Below, piece after piece: positions 9,701-19,807 of a stretch of 64,000 nt of DNA. The notes beneath the pieces are model-generated. The model ran no database searches and had not been told where the DNA came from. It saw nothing but the letters and a program-made list of their open reading frames with translations. Origin of the DNA: Candidatus Spongiihabitans sp. (lineage in GTDB: Bacteria; Pseudomonadota; Gammaproteobacteria; Arenicellales; Poriferihabitantaceae). The translations under genes and the position numbers were made by a program. Location: the NCBI GenBank assembly GCA_965261335.1, contig OZ253450.1, positions 2,519,492 to 2,583,491 on the forward strand. The letters are read 5' to 3'. The stretch's first letter is position 1. Each line of letters begins with the position of its first letter.

Positions 9701-10248
9701 AATCCGCCACGCACGGCAAATTCCCCGGGTGACACGACCTGATTGACGGCAGTATAATTTGAATTGACGAGCTGTTGTTTTAAGTGATCGAGGTTAATCT
9801 GCTGTGATTCTTGTAACGAGAAAGTATGCCCGAGTACATAATTGAGTGGCGGAAGGCGTTGCATCAAATTAGTTGTTTGAATCAACACAATGCCGTTTCG
9901 CAGGGACGGCAATTTCCCTAAAACTCGAAGTCGTTCCGATATGATGTTCTGATGAGGAGAAAATATATCGTATGGCAGGCATTCCCAGCTTGGAAAATTG
10001 AATATCGGAATATCTTTCGTTGGTTGCAGGAAATATCGAATTTCGTTTTCTAAAATCTGAAGCTGATGCTGATCTTCAAGTACAATAACCAAAATGCCAT
10101 GGTATTGACGTGCGGCTTCGGCTATTGCCAAACCCAGAGCCGCACCGTGCAGATTTGACCAAATGATATGTTGCCCCCGTGCAGGTAGTGGTGGATTGAG
10201 TAGCCGATGGGGCTTGGACGGGAGGGAATCGGGTTTGGACATACGCAA
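6751..10248 (-). CDS. mfd: Transcription-repair coupling factor Mfd
   Basis: 1165 aa. UvrB-homology N-terminus, CarD-like RID (GDPVVHIEHGVGRY), superfamily-2 helicase motifs (GDVGFGKTEVA, DEEHRFG), TRG and C-terminal domains. Confidence 0.95.
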   Translation of the reverse strand: MRMSKPDSLPSKPHRLLNPPLPARGQHIIWSNLHGAALGLAIAEAARQYHGILVIVLEDQHQLQILENEIRYFLQPTKDIPIFNFPSWECLPYDIFSPHQNIISERLRVLGKLPSLRNGIVLIQTTNLMQRLPPLNYVLGHTFSLQESQQINLDHLKQQLVNSNYTAVNQVVSPGEFAVRGGLIDVFPMGSHIPFRLDLFDNELESIRVFDPDSQRSKEHVAKVELLPAREFPMTESGIKHFRSSFRRCFEGDPMKQTIYKEVSIGHTPTGTEFFFPLFFDHTATLFDYIQGDSIIVKTPDFKKAATAYWAEVNARHSNANYDSERKVIPPYQLYMAADEFMESCEKCSGIDIIRDHNAAASWCADTNYNQQFPVDPRNETPYQELLTHLHNSSRRILIVTETPGRKEALGDVLFRNNLRPSSFQGLHDFIADKQATLGLAIAALERGLTSNTHGIEIICESQLYGDKVYQRRRRSKESRDPESIIKSLAELNIGDPVVHIEHGVGRYKGLHTLTISDETGDFLTLEYQNGDKLYIPVLALNLISRFVGGSPESAPLHRLGGDQWEKSKNRAREKAYDVAAELLEMEASRTARKGHAFEINALENQRFNSLFPFDETPDQQQAIREVLADLGSPEPMDRLVCGDVGFGKTEVALRAAFIVSNNGKQVAILTPTTLLAQQHHQVFVERFSDWAINIEVLSRFNTRKQANELITRVASGQIDIIIGTHRLLQADIRFHDLGLLIIDEEHRFGVRQKEHIKRIRSQVDILTLTATPIPRTLNITMSGLRSISIIATPPLNRLSIKTFIRQWSRGLIREACLREIRRGGQVFFLHNEVKSIDRMAVEIAELLPEAKIDICHGQMHELQLERVMQDFYHRRFNILICSTIIESGIDIPTANTIIINRADRFGLAQLHQLRGRVGRSQHQAFAYLLIADKQYITNDAKKRLDAIDSMDNLGAGFTLASHDLEIRGAGELLGETQSGSIDEVGFSLYSEYLNLAVTAIKDGRLPEPNTAEQIEKASIIDLHVTALFSQDYLDNAHTRLILYKRISNATNIEQLNELQIETIDRFGLLPEQGKNLFRLTALRLQAEQLDIHKVDIDEHGGVIEFHDEPAIDPSVIFSLIQAHPHIYKLCGANAFKIADDLSEPITRIEKIETLFDFLYQSLSR

Positions 10249-10360
10249 TACGGGACGCTAAACGGGGGTCGGATTCTAACCTCTCTGGTGTTTATATGAC
10301 ACAATAGATAATCGATTATGGCTATAATTTTGCGACCCCGAAAATTGATGACAGAAAAGC

Positions 10361-11074
10361 ATGACACAGGCAGGGACGGGCGAGGGTTTGGGCAATCATC
10401 CCCGCTGGCGGTATCGGTGTTCGGATGTCTGTCGATAGTCCGAAACAGTATCTAAAAATTCTTGGCAAGGTGATTTTGCATCATACTTTGGCGCGTATCT
10501 GTGCCAGCTCGGTGGTTAGTGGCTTGGTCATCGGGCTTAGTCGTCATGATTGTTGTTGGGCAAAAAATCCGTTTACTGACACCAAGATATTAGGCACCTA
10601 TGAGGCAGGTGAACAACGATTCGATACGGTGTCAATGGGTTAAAGTTTTTGCAACAACTGGATACTATAACGCAATCGGATTGGGTTCTAGTGCATGATG
10701 CAGTGTGCCCCAGTATCATGCGGCAAGATATTCAGAATCTGCTAGACGAGGCGAATAACAACCAAACCGGGGCAGTACTGGGTAAAAAAATGACAGATAC
10801 GTTGAAAATCATCGATCAGAGGCAGGTCATTCAACAGACGGTTGAACGTGGACAGTTTTGGCGCACCTTCACGCCACAGATATTTCGCCTCGGCGATTTA
10901 TTGACCGCGATTGAAACATCGATTAGCGATGGCGTTTTGGTTACTGATGAGTCGATGGCAATGGAGTGCTTCGGGTTTTGTCCGACAATAGTTGAAGGTC
11001 ATGCGCGTAATCACAAAATAACCACTGCCGAATATTTGGATTTAGCTGGTTTATTTCTGATGGAATTTCAATAA
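10361..11074 (+). pseudogene. ispD: 2-C-methyl-D-erythritol 4-phosphate cytidylyltransferase IspD, apparently split by two 1-nt frameshifts
   Basis: ATG 10361 is in one frame, the WAIIPAGGIGVRM...PKQYL motif is in a second frame (no start codon before 10425), and NGLKFLQQLD...DWVLVHDA...FTPQIF is in a third frame from about 10635. Concatenated, the three pieces make a normal IspD. Confidence 0.75.
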
Positions 11075-11553
11075 TGAGAATAGGTAGCGGCTACGACATT
11101 CACGCCTTGGTCAAGGGCAGAAAATTGATTGTCGGTGGCGTTGAAATAGATTGGCATCTGGGTTTGCAGGGTCATTCCGATGCCGATGTATTGTTGCATG
11201 CGATATGTGATGCCTGTCTCGGTGCGGCGGCAATGGGCGACATCGGGACACATTTTCCGCCCAGTGATGAGCAATATAAAAATAGTGACAGCCGAATATT
11301 GCTCAGAAAGGTGGCGACGATGTTGTATCAAGCACAGTGGAGAATTTCGAATCTGGATTGCACCATCATTGCGGAAAAACCACGCATGGCACCTCATATT
11401 CCTAAAATGCGGGCGCGTATTGCGTCAGATTTATCGCTCACTCAGAGTCATGTCAGCATCAAAGCAACCACCACCGAAGGGCTGGGATTCATTGGTCAAC
11501 AACAGGGTATTGCGGCTCAAGTTATGGTGTTGTTGTTAGCGGACACGGCTTAA
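11074..11553 (+). CDS. ispF: 2-C-methyl-D-erythritol 2,4-cyclodiphosphate synthase
   Basis: [29 protein letters not shown]..., 159 aa. Confidence 0.93.
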   Translation: MRIGSGYDIHALVKGRKLIVGGVEIDWHLGLQGHSDADVLLHAICDACLGAAAMGDIGTHFPPSDEQYKNSDSRILLRKVATMLYQAQWRISNLDCTIIAEKPRMAPHIPKMRARIASDLSLTQSHVSIKATTTEGLGFIGQQQGIAAQVMVLLLADTA

Positions 11554-11936
11554 TCTGCCAACATGCGCCCCAACTTTCTACCACCGACTAAGTGCATGTG
11601 TAAATGATAAATCTCCTGTCCACCATGATTGCCACAGTTGACAATCAAGCGATAACCGTTTTCGGATAACCCTTCTTGCTGGGCGAGTTTTTTGGCAACA
11701 ATAAACAGGTACCCGAGTACGGATTCATCTTCTTCGACAACCTGATTGACCGTTGGGATTGGTTTATTCGGAATGATGAGTATATGGCTCGGTGCTTGCG
11801 GCTGAATATCGCGAAAAGCGGTGACCCGATCGTCTTGAAATATAATATCAGCCGAGATTTTTTTATTTATAATTTTGCTAAAAAGTGTTTCGTCAGTCAT
11901 AGGATTAGAGTATGTAAATGATAGGATATCCCCCAT
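11550..11936 (-). CDS. HIT-family (HinT-like) nucleotide hydrolase
   Basis: Histidine triad HLHMHLVGG near the C-terminus, 128 aa. Confidence 0.85.
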   Translation of the reverse strand: MGDILSFTYSNPMTDETLFSKIINKKISADIIFQDDRVTAFRDIQPQAPSHILIIPNKPIPTVNQVVEEDESVLGYLFIVAKKLAQQEGLSENGYRLIVNCGNHGGQEIYHLHMHLVGGRKLGRMLAD

Positions 11937-12195
11937 TCTACAATAATTTGAGGGACTGGTATGGGATTTGTTGCAGTTGAGACATTGTTATTTAGTGAGT
12001 ACTTTGCACGATAGTTCTTGCCTTCGGTGTCAAAAACGGTCTCAATCGGTCATTTATAAGATAAACTCTCTTTTTCCTTGCTAATAAACAAAATTCACGG
12101 CTCGTGCAAAGTGTTCTTATCGGTTAAATTTATCAAATAAGATTGTTTAATGAATTGAAACGATGACCGCTAATAAGGTAGAATCCATCTCCCAG

Positions 12196-13844
<1,649 letters not shown>

Positions 13845-13848
<4 letters not shown>

Positions 13849-13979
13849 TTCTTTGGTTTTCGGTCGTGGTCGTCTCGCTCTCGTCGTTCATGGTCTCGTT
13901 TGGCTTGCTGACGTGCCAGTTTGCGCACAAGTTTATGTACGAGTTCCGTTCGTGAAAGTGTAGCACTTTTGTTGTCCAT
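13845..13979 (-). CDS. Small basic protein (44 aa) translationally coupled to the recombinase (candidate directionality factor)
   Basis: Own translation: MDNKSATLSRTELVHKLVRKLARQQAKRDHERRERDDHDRKPKK. Its TGA overlaps the integrase ATG (ATGA). Confidence 0.4.
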
Positions 13980-14124
13980 TAACAGAACCTGAGTCCTTTT
14001 TCGTGGCTTGCCGCCGACCAGATGCGTTTTTATCCTTGAAATCGATAAATAAAACGGTCATTGAGCAAGAGGCAGGCGTAAAGATTGGTGCACTTTTTCG
14101 GGTTCACCGAGATTGGCGGCTCTG

Positions 14125-16812
14125 CTACGGGGTGGTTGTGCCTGCACTAAACACCCAACATTTGACCGTTGCGGAGGCGACATTGTTATCACCGGCGTTA
14201 AGCGCGGAATTAACCGGCTTGATGGCGTAAAACTTGCGCTCTTTTGATGTTTTCAGGTGGTTTTTCAGCTCTATCAGCGGCGGAATCTCTTGCTTATTCT
14301 CGGCTGCGACATGGGTAAAATGATTGAGGTTAATCGCAATGAGCTGGTCGTTGCGAGAATGGTTGAGCGTGCTGTGTGGGTTGCCGTCATTAAGATATTC
14401 ATAGGTCTCCCAGAACTGTTGCACCACTGGATGATCCAATTCAAGGGCTTGTTGTCGCTCAATCGCCATTTGCTCAATACAGCTCTGAACCGACTGGCGT
14501 TGCTCGCTGGGCAGGTCAAGTAACGTGCTAAAAGCCGTCGCTAGGGACATAATCTGGGCATGATTTTTTGCCACACGCACCGATTTGATTTCGGTTAGTG
14601 ACAATAATTGTCGCTCATAAACGGGGGTGTTGCTTTTAACGCTCTCCATGATTTGTGCTTCATTCTGTACCGCTTGGTGCAGGAAAAAACTTAAATGCTT
14701 CGGCACAAGCAGATTCATTTCATCGGCGGCGCTTTTGCTTTGTGCTGAATGACCCGACCGATCCAAGCACAAATGAACAATGCGTTGCAGCACGGCTTCC
14801 GAGGCACTCACTGCTGTATTTTGGCTAATGACAATAGCCCCGCGAAACAGCGGCTCGTAGGTTTCGTTACCGTTGTTTTTTACTCCTCGCACACTACTTG
14901 CTCTACCGTTATACGCGGTTTTTAATTCATCCCAGTTAAAACCACGCAATTTGGCGGCACTGGCTTCACGATCCGCTTCAATCAAGACCACCGGCAAATT
15001 GCTGACCTGAGAAAATTTACGCGTTACCCCCGCAAACGAGGATTTAGTTGGATCAAAGCCTTCCTCGTCTTCCTTGCCCAATAATTTCCACATAAACTCA
15101 ACCAGCGTTGTCTTTCCGCCACCCGGTTCGCCAATAATTTCCAGAAAAGGAAAGCTCTTATGGATGGCTCTGATTTGTTCAGCAAATAACGAACCCATCC
15201 AAAAACTAACCGCAACCAAGCCCTTGCCACCAAAAGCGCGATAAACCATTTGTGTCCAATCCGCACGATAATCCGATCTGTCGCCAATGGACAAATGGAA
15301 GCCTTGATTCAAACTCTTAATCGCGATCTTGCCTATTTCAAAAAAATCCTCATCATTAATTTTATATGTTTTGCCCTGACTGACTGCCAAATCATTAAAA
15401 ACATAAGCCTTATGTGCTTTGCTATAGCCAATAAAATCGATGGTATCGACCACCTTGATATTGTGTATGTGATGTTTTACCAACCAGTCTAACTGCTTCG
15501 CATTGCCGCTAAACAATCCGCCGGGCGCAATCGACAATAAGCGTTTCTTAAACTCAGGGGCAGATGCGACTTGTCCGCCGGTAAAGGTGTTTTTGATTGT
15601 TTTACCGTTATGCGGAAATTGCACTCTACAGTAATACCAGCTCTCATCCGTCAGCTTGTTCGATTGATAGTACAGAAAGCTCGGCTGGCAATTGGCAACA
15701 TCGCTTAATGTCCCTGATTGCTCGGCTGCCTTAGTGCGTATTTGTGCGGCGGTGTGTTTATGTCCACGATTCTTATCGGAGGCATCGGAGGCACTAGCAA
15801 TGCTTTCGGTGGCTTTGTTGAACTTGTCAACATCCAAATCAAACCAATACATACGGCGATTAAAATCAAAACAAAAGCCGCTCATGTTTTTCCTGTTCCA
15901 GATAAGCAATGCTTTGTCTAACGCGCTTTTGGCAATCAGCAAACTGCCATGATAAAGATATTCTTCGCGGTGCTTTTCGCTTAATCGCTGGCTGATATGA
16001 CAATCGTTCCAGTCGGTTTTTAGGTTGTTTTTTTGTGGTATTTGGGCGGCTTGCACACAAAGCCCCTCCTCGCGACCACGCTTGATAAACTTTCTGAGGT
16101 AGCGTCTGCCAGCGGGGTCGTTATCCAAAGCCCAAACCCAAGTCACTTTTTTGCTCGTATGCTGCGCAAATTGTTTATCCGGATAATTGACGCACGAAAG
16201 TGTCGCCACCGCTTTTTGTCCATTTTGCTGTAGCGCAATCGCATCCAGACAGCCCTCAACCAGCCAGATGGTGTCGCCGTGATTGATTTGTAAGTCCGGT
16301 GGTTGCCACCAAAGACCACGATAGGCACCTTTATAATGCGCTCTGCGCGGCTTTTTCTCGCCGAATTCGTCGCTAATCAATATCTCTTCGACAAAACGCT
16401 CCATGTAAATATCATGGGCGCGGTCAATATCAAAACGCACGGTGGCGGTGCCTTTGTTGGCATCCGGGTGCCAGAAACCACCTTGTCGATACCAACCTTT
16501 AATGCTCGCCAGATCAAAGCCGCGGGCATACTGCATATAAGCATCAGCAGTCGCATTTGGATTCGTTTGGGTGGCGACAAAAAGCCGATTAAAGGAGGCA
16601 AAAACGTCCGGATAAAGTGTTTTGGTATATTCTTCCCAGCCACATTTATTGGCCCGACCGCAACGCACCACCAACGGCTGTTCCACATGGGCAAATAATT
16701 CTTTTTTACCGCAGTGCGGGCAAATGCCCCGCTGTAACCATTTGCCACGTTCTATCATTTCGTAGTCGGCGATCAGCCGTGCGACAATGTCATGCTGAAT
16801 ATCTTTACGCAT
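14125..16812 (-). CDS. Primase-helicase: zinc ribbon + Toprim + P-loop NTPase
   Basis: CPHCGKKE...CGRANKCGW zinc ribbon, Toprim acidic motifs (LVEGCLDAIAL, ALDNDPAG), Walker A GEPGGGKTT. The likely start is MRKDIQHD at 16812, not the upstream ATG of the ORF track. Confidence 0.8.
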   Translation of the reverse strand: MRKDIQHDIVARLIADYEMIERGKWLQRGICPHCGKKELFAHVEQPLVVRCGRANKCGWEEYTKTLYPDVFASFNRLFVATQTNPNATADAYMQYARGFDLASIKGWYRQGGFWHPDANKGTATVRFDIDRAHDIYMERFVEEILISDEFGEKKPRRAHYKGAYRGLWWQPPDLQINHGDTIWLVEGCLDAIALQQNGQKAVATLSCVNYPDKQFAQHTSKKVTWVWALDNDPAGRRYLRKFIKRGREEGLCVQAAQIPQKNNLKTDWNDCHISQRLSEKHREEYLYHGSLLIAKSALDKALLIWNRKNMSGFCFDFNRRMYWFDLDVDKFNKATESIASASDASDKNRGHKHTAAQIRTKAAEQSGTLSDVANCQPSFLYYQSNKLTDESWYYCRVQFPHNGKTIKNTFTGGQVASAPEFKKRLLSIAPGGLFSGNAKQLDWLVKHHIHNIKVVDTIDFIGYSKAHKAYVFNDLAVSQGKTYKINDEDFFEIGKIAIKSLNQGFHLSIGDRSDYRADWTQMVYRAFGGKGLVAVSFWMGSLFAEQIRAIHKSFPFLEIIGEPGGGKTTLVEFMWKLLGKEDEEGFDPTKSSFAGVTRKFSQVSNLPVVLIEADREASAAKLRGFNWDELKTAYNGRASSVRGVKNNGNETYEPLFRGAIVISQNTAVSASEAVLQRIVHLCLDRSGHSAQSKSAADEMNLLVPKHLSFFLHQAVQNEAQIMESVKSNTPVYERQLLSLTEIKSVRVAKNHAQIMSLATAFSTLLDLPSEQRQSVQSCIEQMAIERQQALELDHPVVQQFWETYEYLNDGNPHSTLNHSRNDQLIAINLNHFTHVAAENKQEIPPLIELKNHLKTSKERKFYAIKPVNSALNAGDNNVASATVKCWVFSAGTTTP

Positions 16813-16819
16813 AAGGGTC
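16704..16819. repeat. 116-bp direct repeat, copy 1 (5' end of the primase gene)
   Basis: Identical to 17563-17678 except for 2 mismatches (read by eye). Confidence 0.9.
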
Positions 16820-16964
16820 TCCCTGATTTTGTTGCTCACAGGTAGCAACAGAATTACTAGCATAGGTGGTTAGGTGTTGGAGGCGCAACAGTACATTTAC
16901 ACGGGCAAGGAGAACCCGACTTGTGCTACCATCGACTATCAATACCATAAATAGGAATTCACGA

Positions 16965-17210
16965 ATGACATCATCAAAAACACCAAAACCATTGGTACAA
17001 AAAATGGATATTGTTACCAAGGGTGGGTTTACAGAAGAATTACTCGGCATATGCGATGCCATTGAAGCTGCACTCATGCACATGGGAGCGGTTCCGGGTG
17101 AGGACTATTCATCTGCTGATCTGGTAAAAATGGCAGAGCCGTATGTTCTAAGTCTTTTTAATAGTTTGCCCGGCGGGTTGATTTACTATTTACCCGGACG
17201 AGAGGAATAA
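16965..17210 (+). CDS. Hypothetical protein
   Basis: ORF only, start chosen at MTSSKTPKP. No recognisable motif. Lies inside the duplicated segment. Confidence 0.3.
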   Translation: MTSSKTPKPLVQKMDIVTKGGFTEELLGICDAIEAALMHMGAVPGEDYSSADLVKMAEPYVLSLFNSLPGGLIYYLPGREE

Positions 17211-17512
17211 TCTGCACGTTTTCTGCGCTGTTGTGCTACGGCAGCCGTCGCCGTCATACGCTTGCGTCTCAAAACCTCAGGGCTATCAATTAAAAAGGTT
17301 TCCCCCGTTTGACTAACCGTAACGTATTGCTTACCTTCGGGTGCTTTTCTCCTCGTTGGCTCGGGGTGACCTGCACGTTTTCTGCGCTGTTGTGCTACGG
17401 CAGCCATCGCCGTCATACGCTTGCGTCTCAAAACCTCATGGTTGTCAATTAAAAAGGTTTCCCCCGTTTGACTAACCGTAACGTATTGCTTACCTTCGGG
17501 TGCTTTCATCAT
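17186..17512 (-). CDS. Hypothetical basic protein made of two fused 53-aa repeats
   Basis: A 159-bp tandem duplication (17212-17370 / 17371-17529) encodes APEGKQYVTVSQTGETFLID..EVLRRKRMTA.AAVAQQRRKRA twice. Confidence 0.5.
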   Translation of the reverse strand: MMKAPEGKQYVTVSQTGETFLIDNHEVLRRKRMTAMAAVAQQRRKRAGHPEPTRRKAPEGKQYVTVSQTGETFLIDSPEVLRRKRMTATAAVAQQRRKRADYSSRPGK

Positions 17513-17562
17513 TATTCTCCTCGTTATGTTTAGATTGGTGTATCGTCTTTATTTCCCCACGC

Positions 17563-17678
17563 TTTTACCGCAGTCCGGGCAAATGCCCCGCTGTAACCAT
17601 TTGCCACGTTCTATCATTTCGTAGTCGGCGATCAGCCGTGCGACAATGTCATGCTGAATATCTTTACGCATGAGGGTC
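17563..17678. repeat. 116-bp direct repeat, copy 2 (orphan duplicate of the primase 5' end; would encode a 40-aa stub)
   Basis: See 16704-16819. The stub reads MRKDIQHDIVARLIADYEMIERGKWLQRGICPDCGKSVGK. Confidence 0.9.
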
Positions 17679-17906
17679 ATTTTTTCTGTTCATTTGTTCA
17701 TGAATAATCTGGGCTTTTAGGTTTGCTTCGCTATGTTGATGAGTCTCTGCCCAGTGAGCAATCAAGTGCCGCCGCAGGCGAAAGGGATGGCTCAAAACCA
17801 AACGTGCTAAACAGCACCGACACTTCATGTTATACAATCCGCCATGGGTATTTTTGTTGTGCCGGCAGTGCGGGCATTGAGTGGTGTCATATCGCTTATT
17901 GTTCAA
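17664..17906 (-). CDS. Small Cys-rich (zinc-ribbon-like) hypothetical protein
   Basis: CPHCRH...CRCC pattern, 80 aa, overlaps the next gene by 4 nt. Confidence 0.45.
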   Translation of the reverse strand: MNNKRYDTTQCPHCRHNKNTHGGLYNMKCRCCLARLVLSHPFRLRRHLIAHWAETHQHSEANLKAQIIHEQMNRKNDPHA

Positions 17907-18208
17907 GAGTCCAGTTCTAATACGCTAACCAGATCAGCAATACCCAGCGAGCGTAATTGCCCGTTCACCCGGACAAACAGACAACGAGAAGTAGAGTGAT
18001 CAATGTCGATGTAGGCATCAATACCGTTAGATTCGATATTGGCAACCGCGCAAGGGGCAAGATAGGCAGCAGTATCCGGGGAGCATTGATGCTGGGTGGT
18101 TAGGTAATAGATAGCCTGCCTCATCATCTCATCACGGGACAAGGTAGCACCGTTGCGGTGGGCAAAAACAAAACGTTCGGCAGAGGCGAGTAACTTTAAG
18201 TTGGACAT
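17903..18208 (-). CDS. Hypothetical protein
   Basis: ORF in an operon-like overlap with its neighbours. No motif recognised. Confidence 0.45.
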   Translation of the reverse strand: MSNLKLLASAERFVFAHRNGATLSRDEMMRQAIYYLTTQHQCSPDTAAYLAPCAVANIESNGIDAYIDIDHSTSRCLFVRVNGQLRSLGIADLVSVLELDS

Positions 18209-18459
18209 GCGCGTTTAGCCTGCGACCTCGCTGTTGGTTCGGGGCGGGGAATGTCATCTGGCCAAGGGAGGTCGTCTGGCCAGTGATCGGAGAACCATTG
18301 AATAACTCGGTTGTAGCGGTTTGTTGTAATATCACATCCGCCACGAAGACGCTTAATGAATCCACCAGCGGATGTGGCATATGTGGCAATTGTTGATTCT
18401 TTTAGCCCCGTGCTTTTGGAATATAATTCAAAGAGAATTAGTATATTTTCGGTATTCAT
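18196..18459 (-). CDS. Small protein with an integrase SAM-like/core-binding-like segment, first gene of the leftward operon
   Basis: Start chosen at MNTENILILFELY (ATG 18459). LKESTIATYATSAGGFIKRL resembles recombinase core-binding helices. Confidence 0.45.
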   Translation of the reverse strand: MNTENILILFELYSKSTGLKESTIATYATSAGGFIKRLRGGCDITTNRYNRVIQWFSDHWPDDLPWPDDIPRPEPTARSQAKRACPT

Positions 18460-18545
18460 ACCGAACACTTTATCGGTATGAATACCGAAAGTCAAGTATT
18501 TATTTCTCTAAATGTAGCGGGATTAAATTCGGTATAATTGCCGAA
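18448..18545. promoter_or_regulatory. Divergent promoter/operator region with three 18-bp palindromic operator-like sites
   Basis: TTCGGTATTCATACCGAA (18448-18465), ATCGGTATGAATACCGAA (18472-18489), TTCGGTATAATTGCCGAA (18528-18545). TATAAT is at 18533-18538. Leftward TTGACT-17 nt-TAAAGT spans 18495-18467. Confidence 0.65.
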
Positions 18546-19486
18546 TGAATAACGATCAATTGATAGAAATTATCCGCACAGAATTAAATAATCGCGGGAC
18601 AAACGCATACAGGGTTGCCAAAAGCACGGGGTTGCCAGATGATGCAATACGTTATGTGCTTAAAGGTAGAGACCCTAAATTCAGCAGGCTGGTAGAGATA
18701 TGCCACGCTTTAAATCTTGAGTTCTACATTGGTCCCTTGCGAGACGGCAAAAATCTGAATCAATCCCAACTTAAATCAGATAAATCTGTCCACAATGACT
18801 GGGGCGAGCAGATTACCAGCGCATTGAAACTACCCAAAGATGCCACTCTGGACGATGTTCTCACCGTTATTGAAACACTGCTACATCCCCAACCTAACGA
18901 TGTTCGGTGGGCAACCTTGGAGGCGGAAATAACAGCCTTGCGTGCCGACATCAAACTGTTGAGCGTGCGTAAAGAGGATACCGATGCGGGCAATCAAATC
19001 GCCGAGTACCCCGCCCACTACACCGTGTCTGCGGACGACCTGACGAATCAGGCGGCTTTGTCCGCCGAAGCACGGTCGGCGCGGCAGGTGGCGACCATTG
19101 AGTTTGAGGCGGCTGCAGGTGGCGGGGCATATAACCTGAACGAAGCACCCGTCAAGGGACAAGTCTGGTTTCGGCGCGACTGGTTAGACCGCAAAGGCAT
19201 TGATGCCACTCAGTGCAATGTGATCAGCGTGCATGGCGAATCGATGGAGCCAACCCTACCAGACGGCTCCAAAATCCTAGTCGTACGGCACCGTTGCCGC
19301 CGTCGTGTTGGCGGCATATTCGTCCTCAATACCGCAGACGGCTTAATCGTTAAGCGTTTGGACAAAGATACCGCGGGGCATTGGCAATTGGTGAGCGATA
19401 ACCCCGCCCCAGATTGGTCTGCACTACCTTGGCCAAACCATGCAGAAATCATCGGTGAGGTGATGTGGGTGGCACGGAGTTTGTAG
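18545..19486 (+). CDS. CI/LexA-like repressor (XRE HTH + long linker + S24 peptidase)
   Basis: N-terminal HTH (NAYRVAKSTGLPDDAIRYVLKG). C-terminal GESMEPTLPDGS (Ser) and IVKRL (Lys) autocleavage dyad. Confidence 0.85.
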   Translation: MNNDQLIEIIRTELNNRGTNAYRVAKSTGLPDDAIRYVLKGRDPKFSRLVEICHALNLEFYIGPLRDGKNLNQSQLKSDKSVHNDWGEQITSALKLPKDATLDDVLTVIETLLHPQPNDVRWATLEAEITALRADIKLLSVRKEDTDAGNQIAEYPAHYTVSADDLTNQAALSAEARSARQVATIEFEAAAGGGAYNLNEAPVKGQVWFRRDWLDRKGIDATQCNVISVHGESMEPTLPDGSKILVVRHRCRRRVGGIFVLNTADGLIVKRLDKDTAGHWQLVSDNPAPDWSALPWPNHAEIIGEVMWVARSL

Positions 19487-19807
19487 TGAGTGAGTATAAT
19501 TGGGTTGTTTGGGTGCTTATGGTAGCGGGATTAGTTTGGTGGATATTTGTTGATTGGTGCAATAGGTGCCCACGCATAGCAATCCACTGCACAACCCATC
19601 AGCCCCCTAATTCGAGAGATTCATATCCATCGACAAAGATGGTTAAAGTTTCTGCTACAAATATTGGATTAATACCCGTTTCAATATTTACCGTATTTAG
19701 CAAGTTCTCTCCTTAAGGAATAAAGTGAATTGTTATATTGATATTTTTCGTGAAGTTAATGATAATCTCCGCATATATATCGCTATGAACTTAAAACTAA
19801 AATCGCT

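Noticed and set aside
19465-19716. 83-aa ORF with a hydrophobic segment after the repressor gene
   Set aside because: It overlaps the repressor 3' end, has no convincing start or RBS, and lies in an AT-rich spacer. I kept it out of the feature list, although a small membrane protein cannot be excluded.
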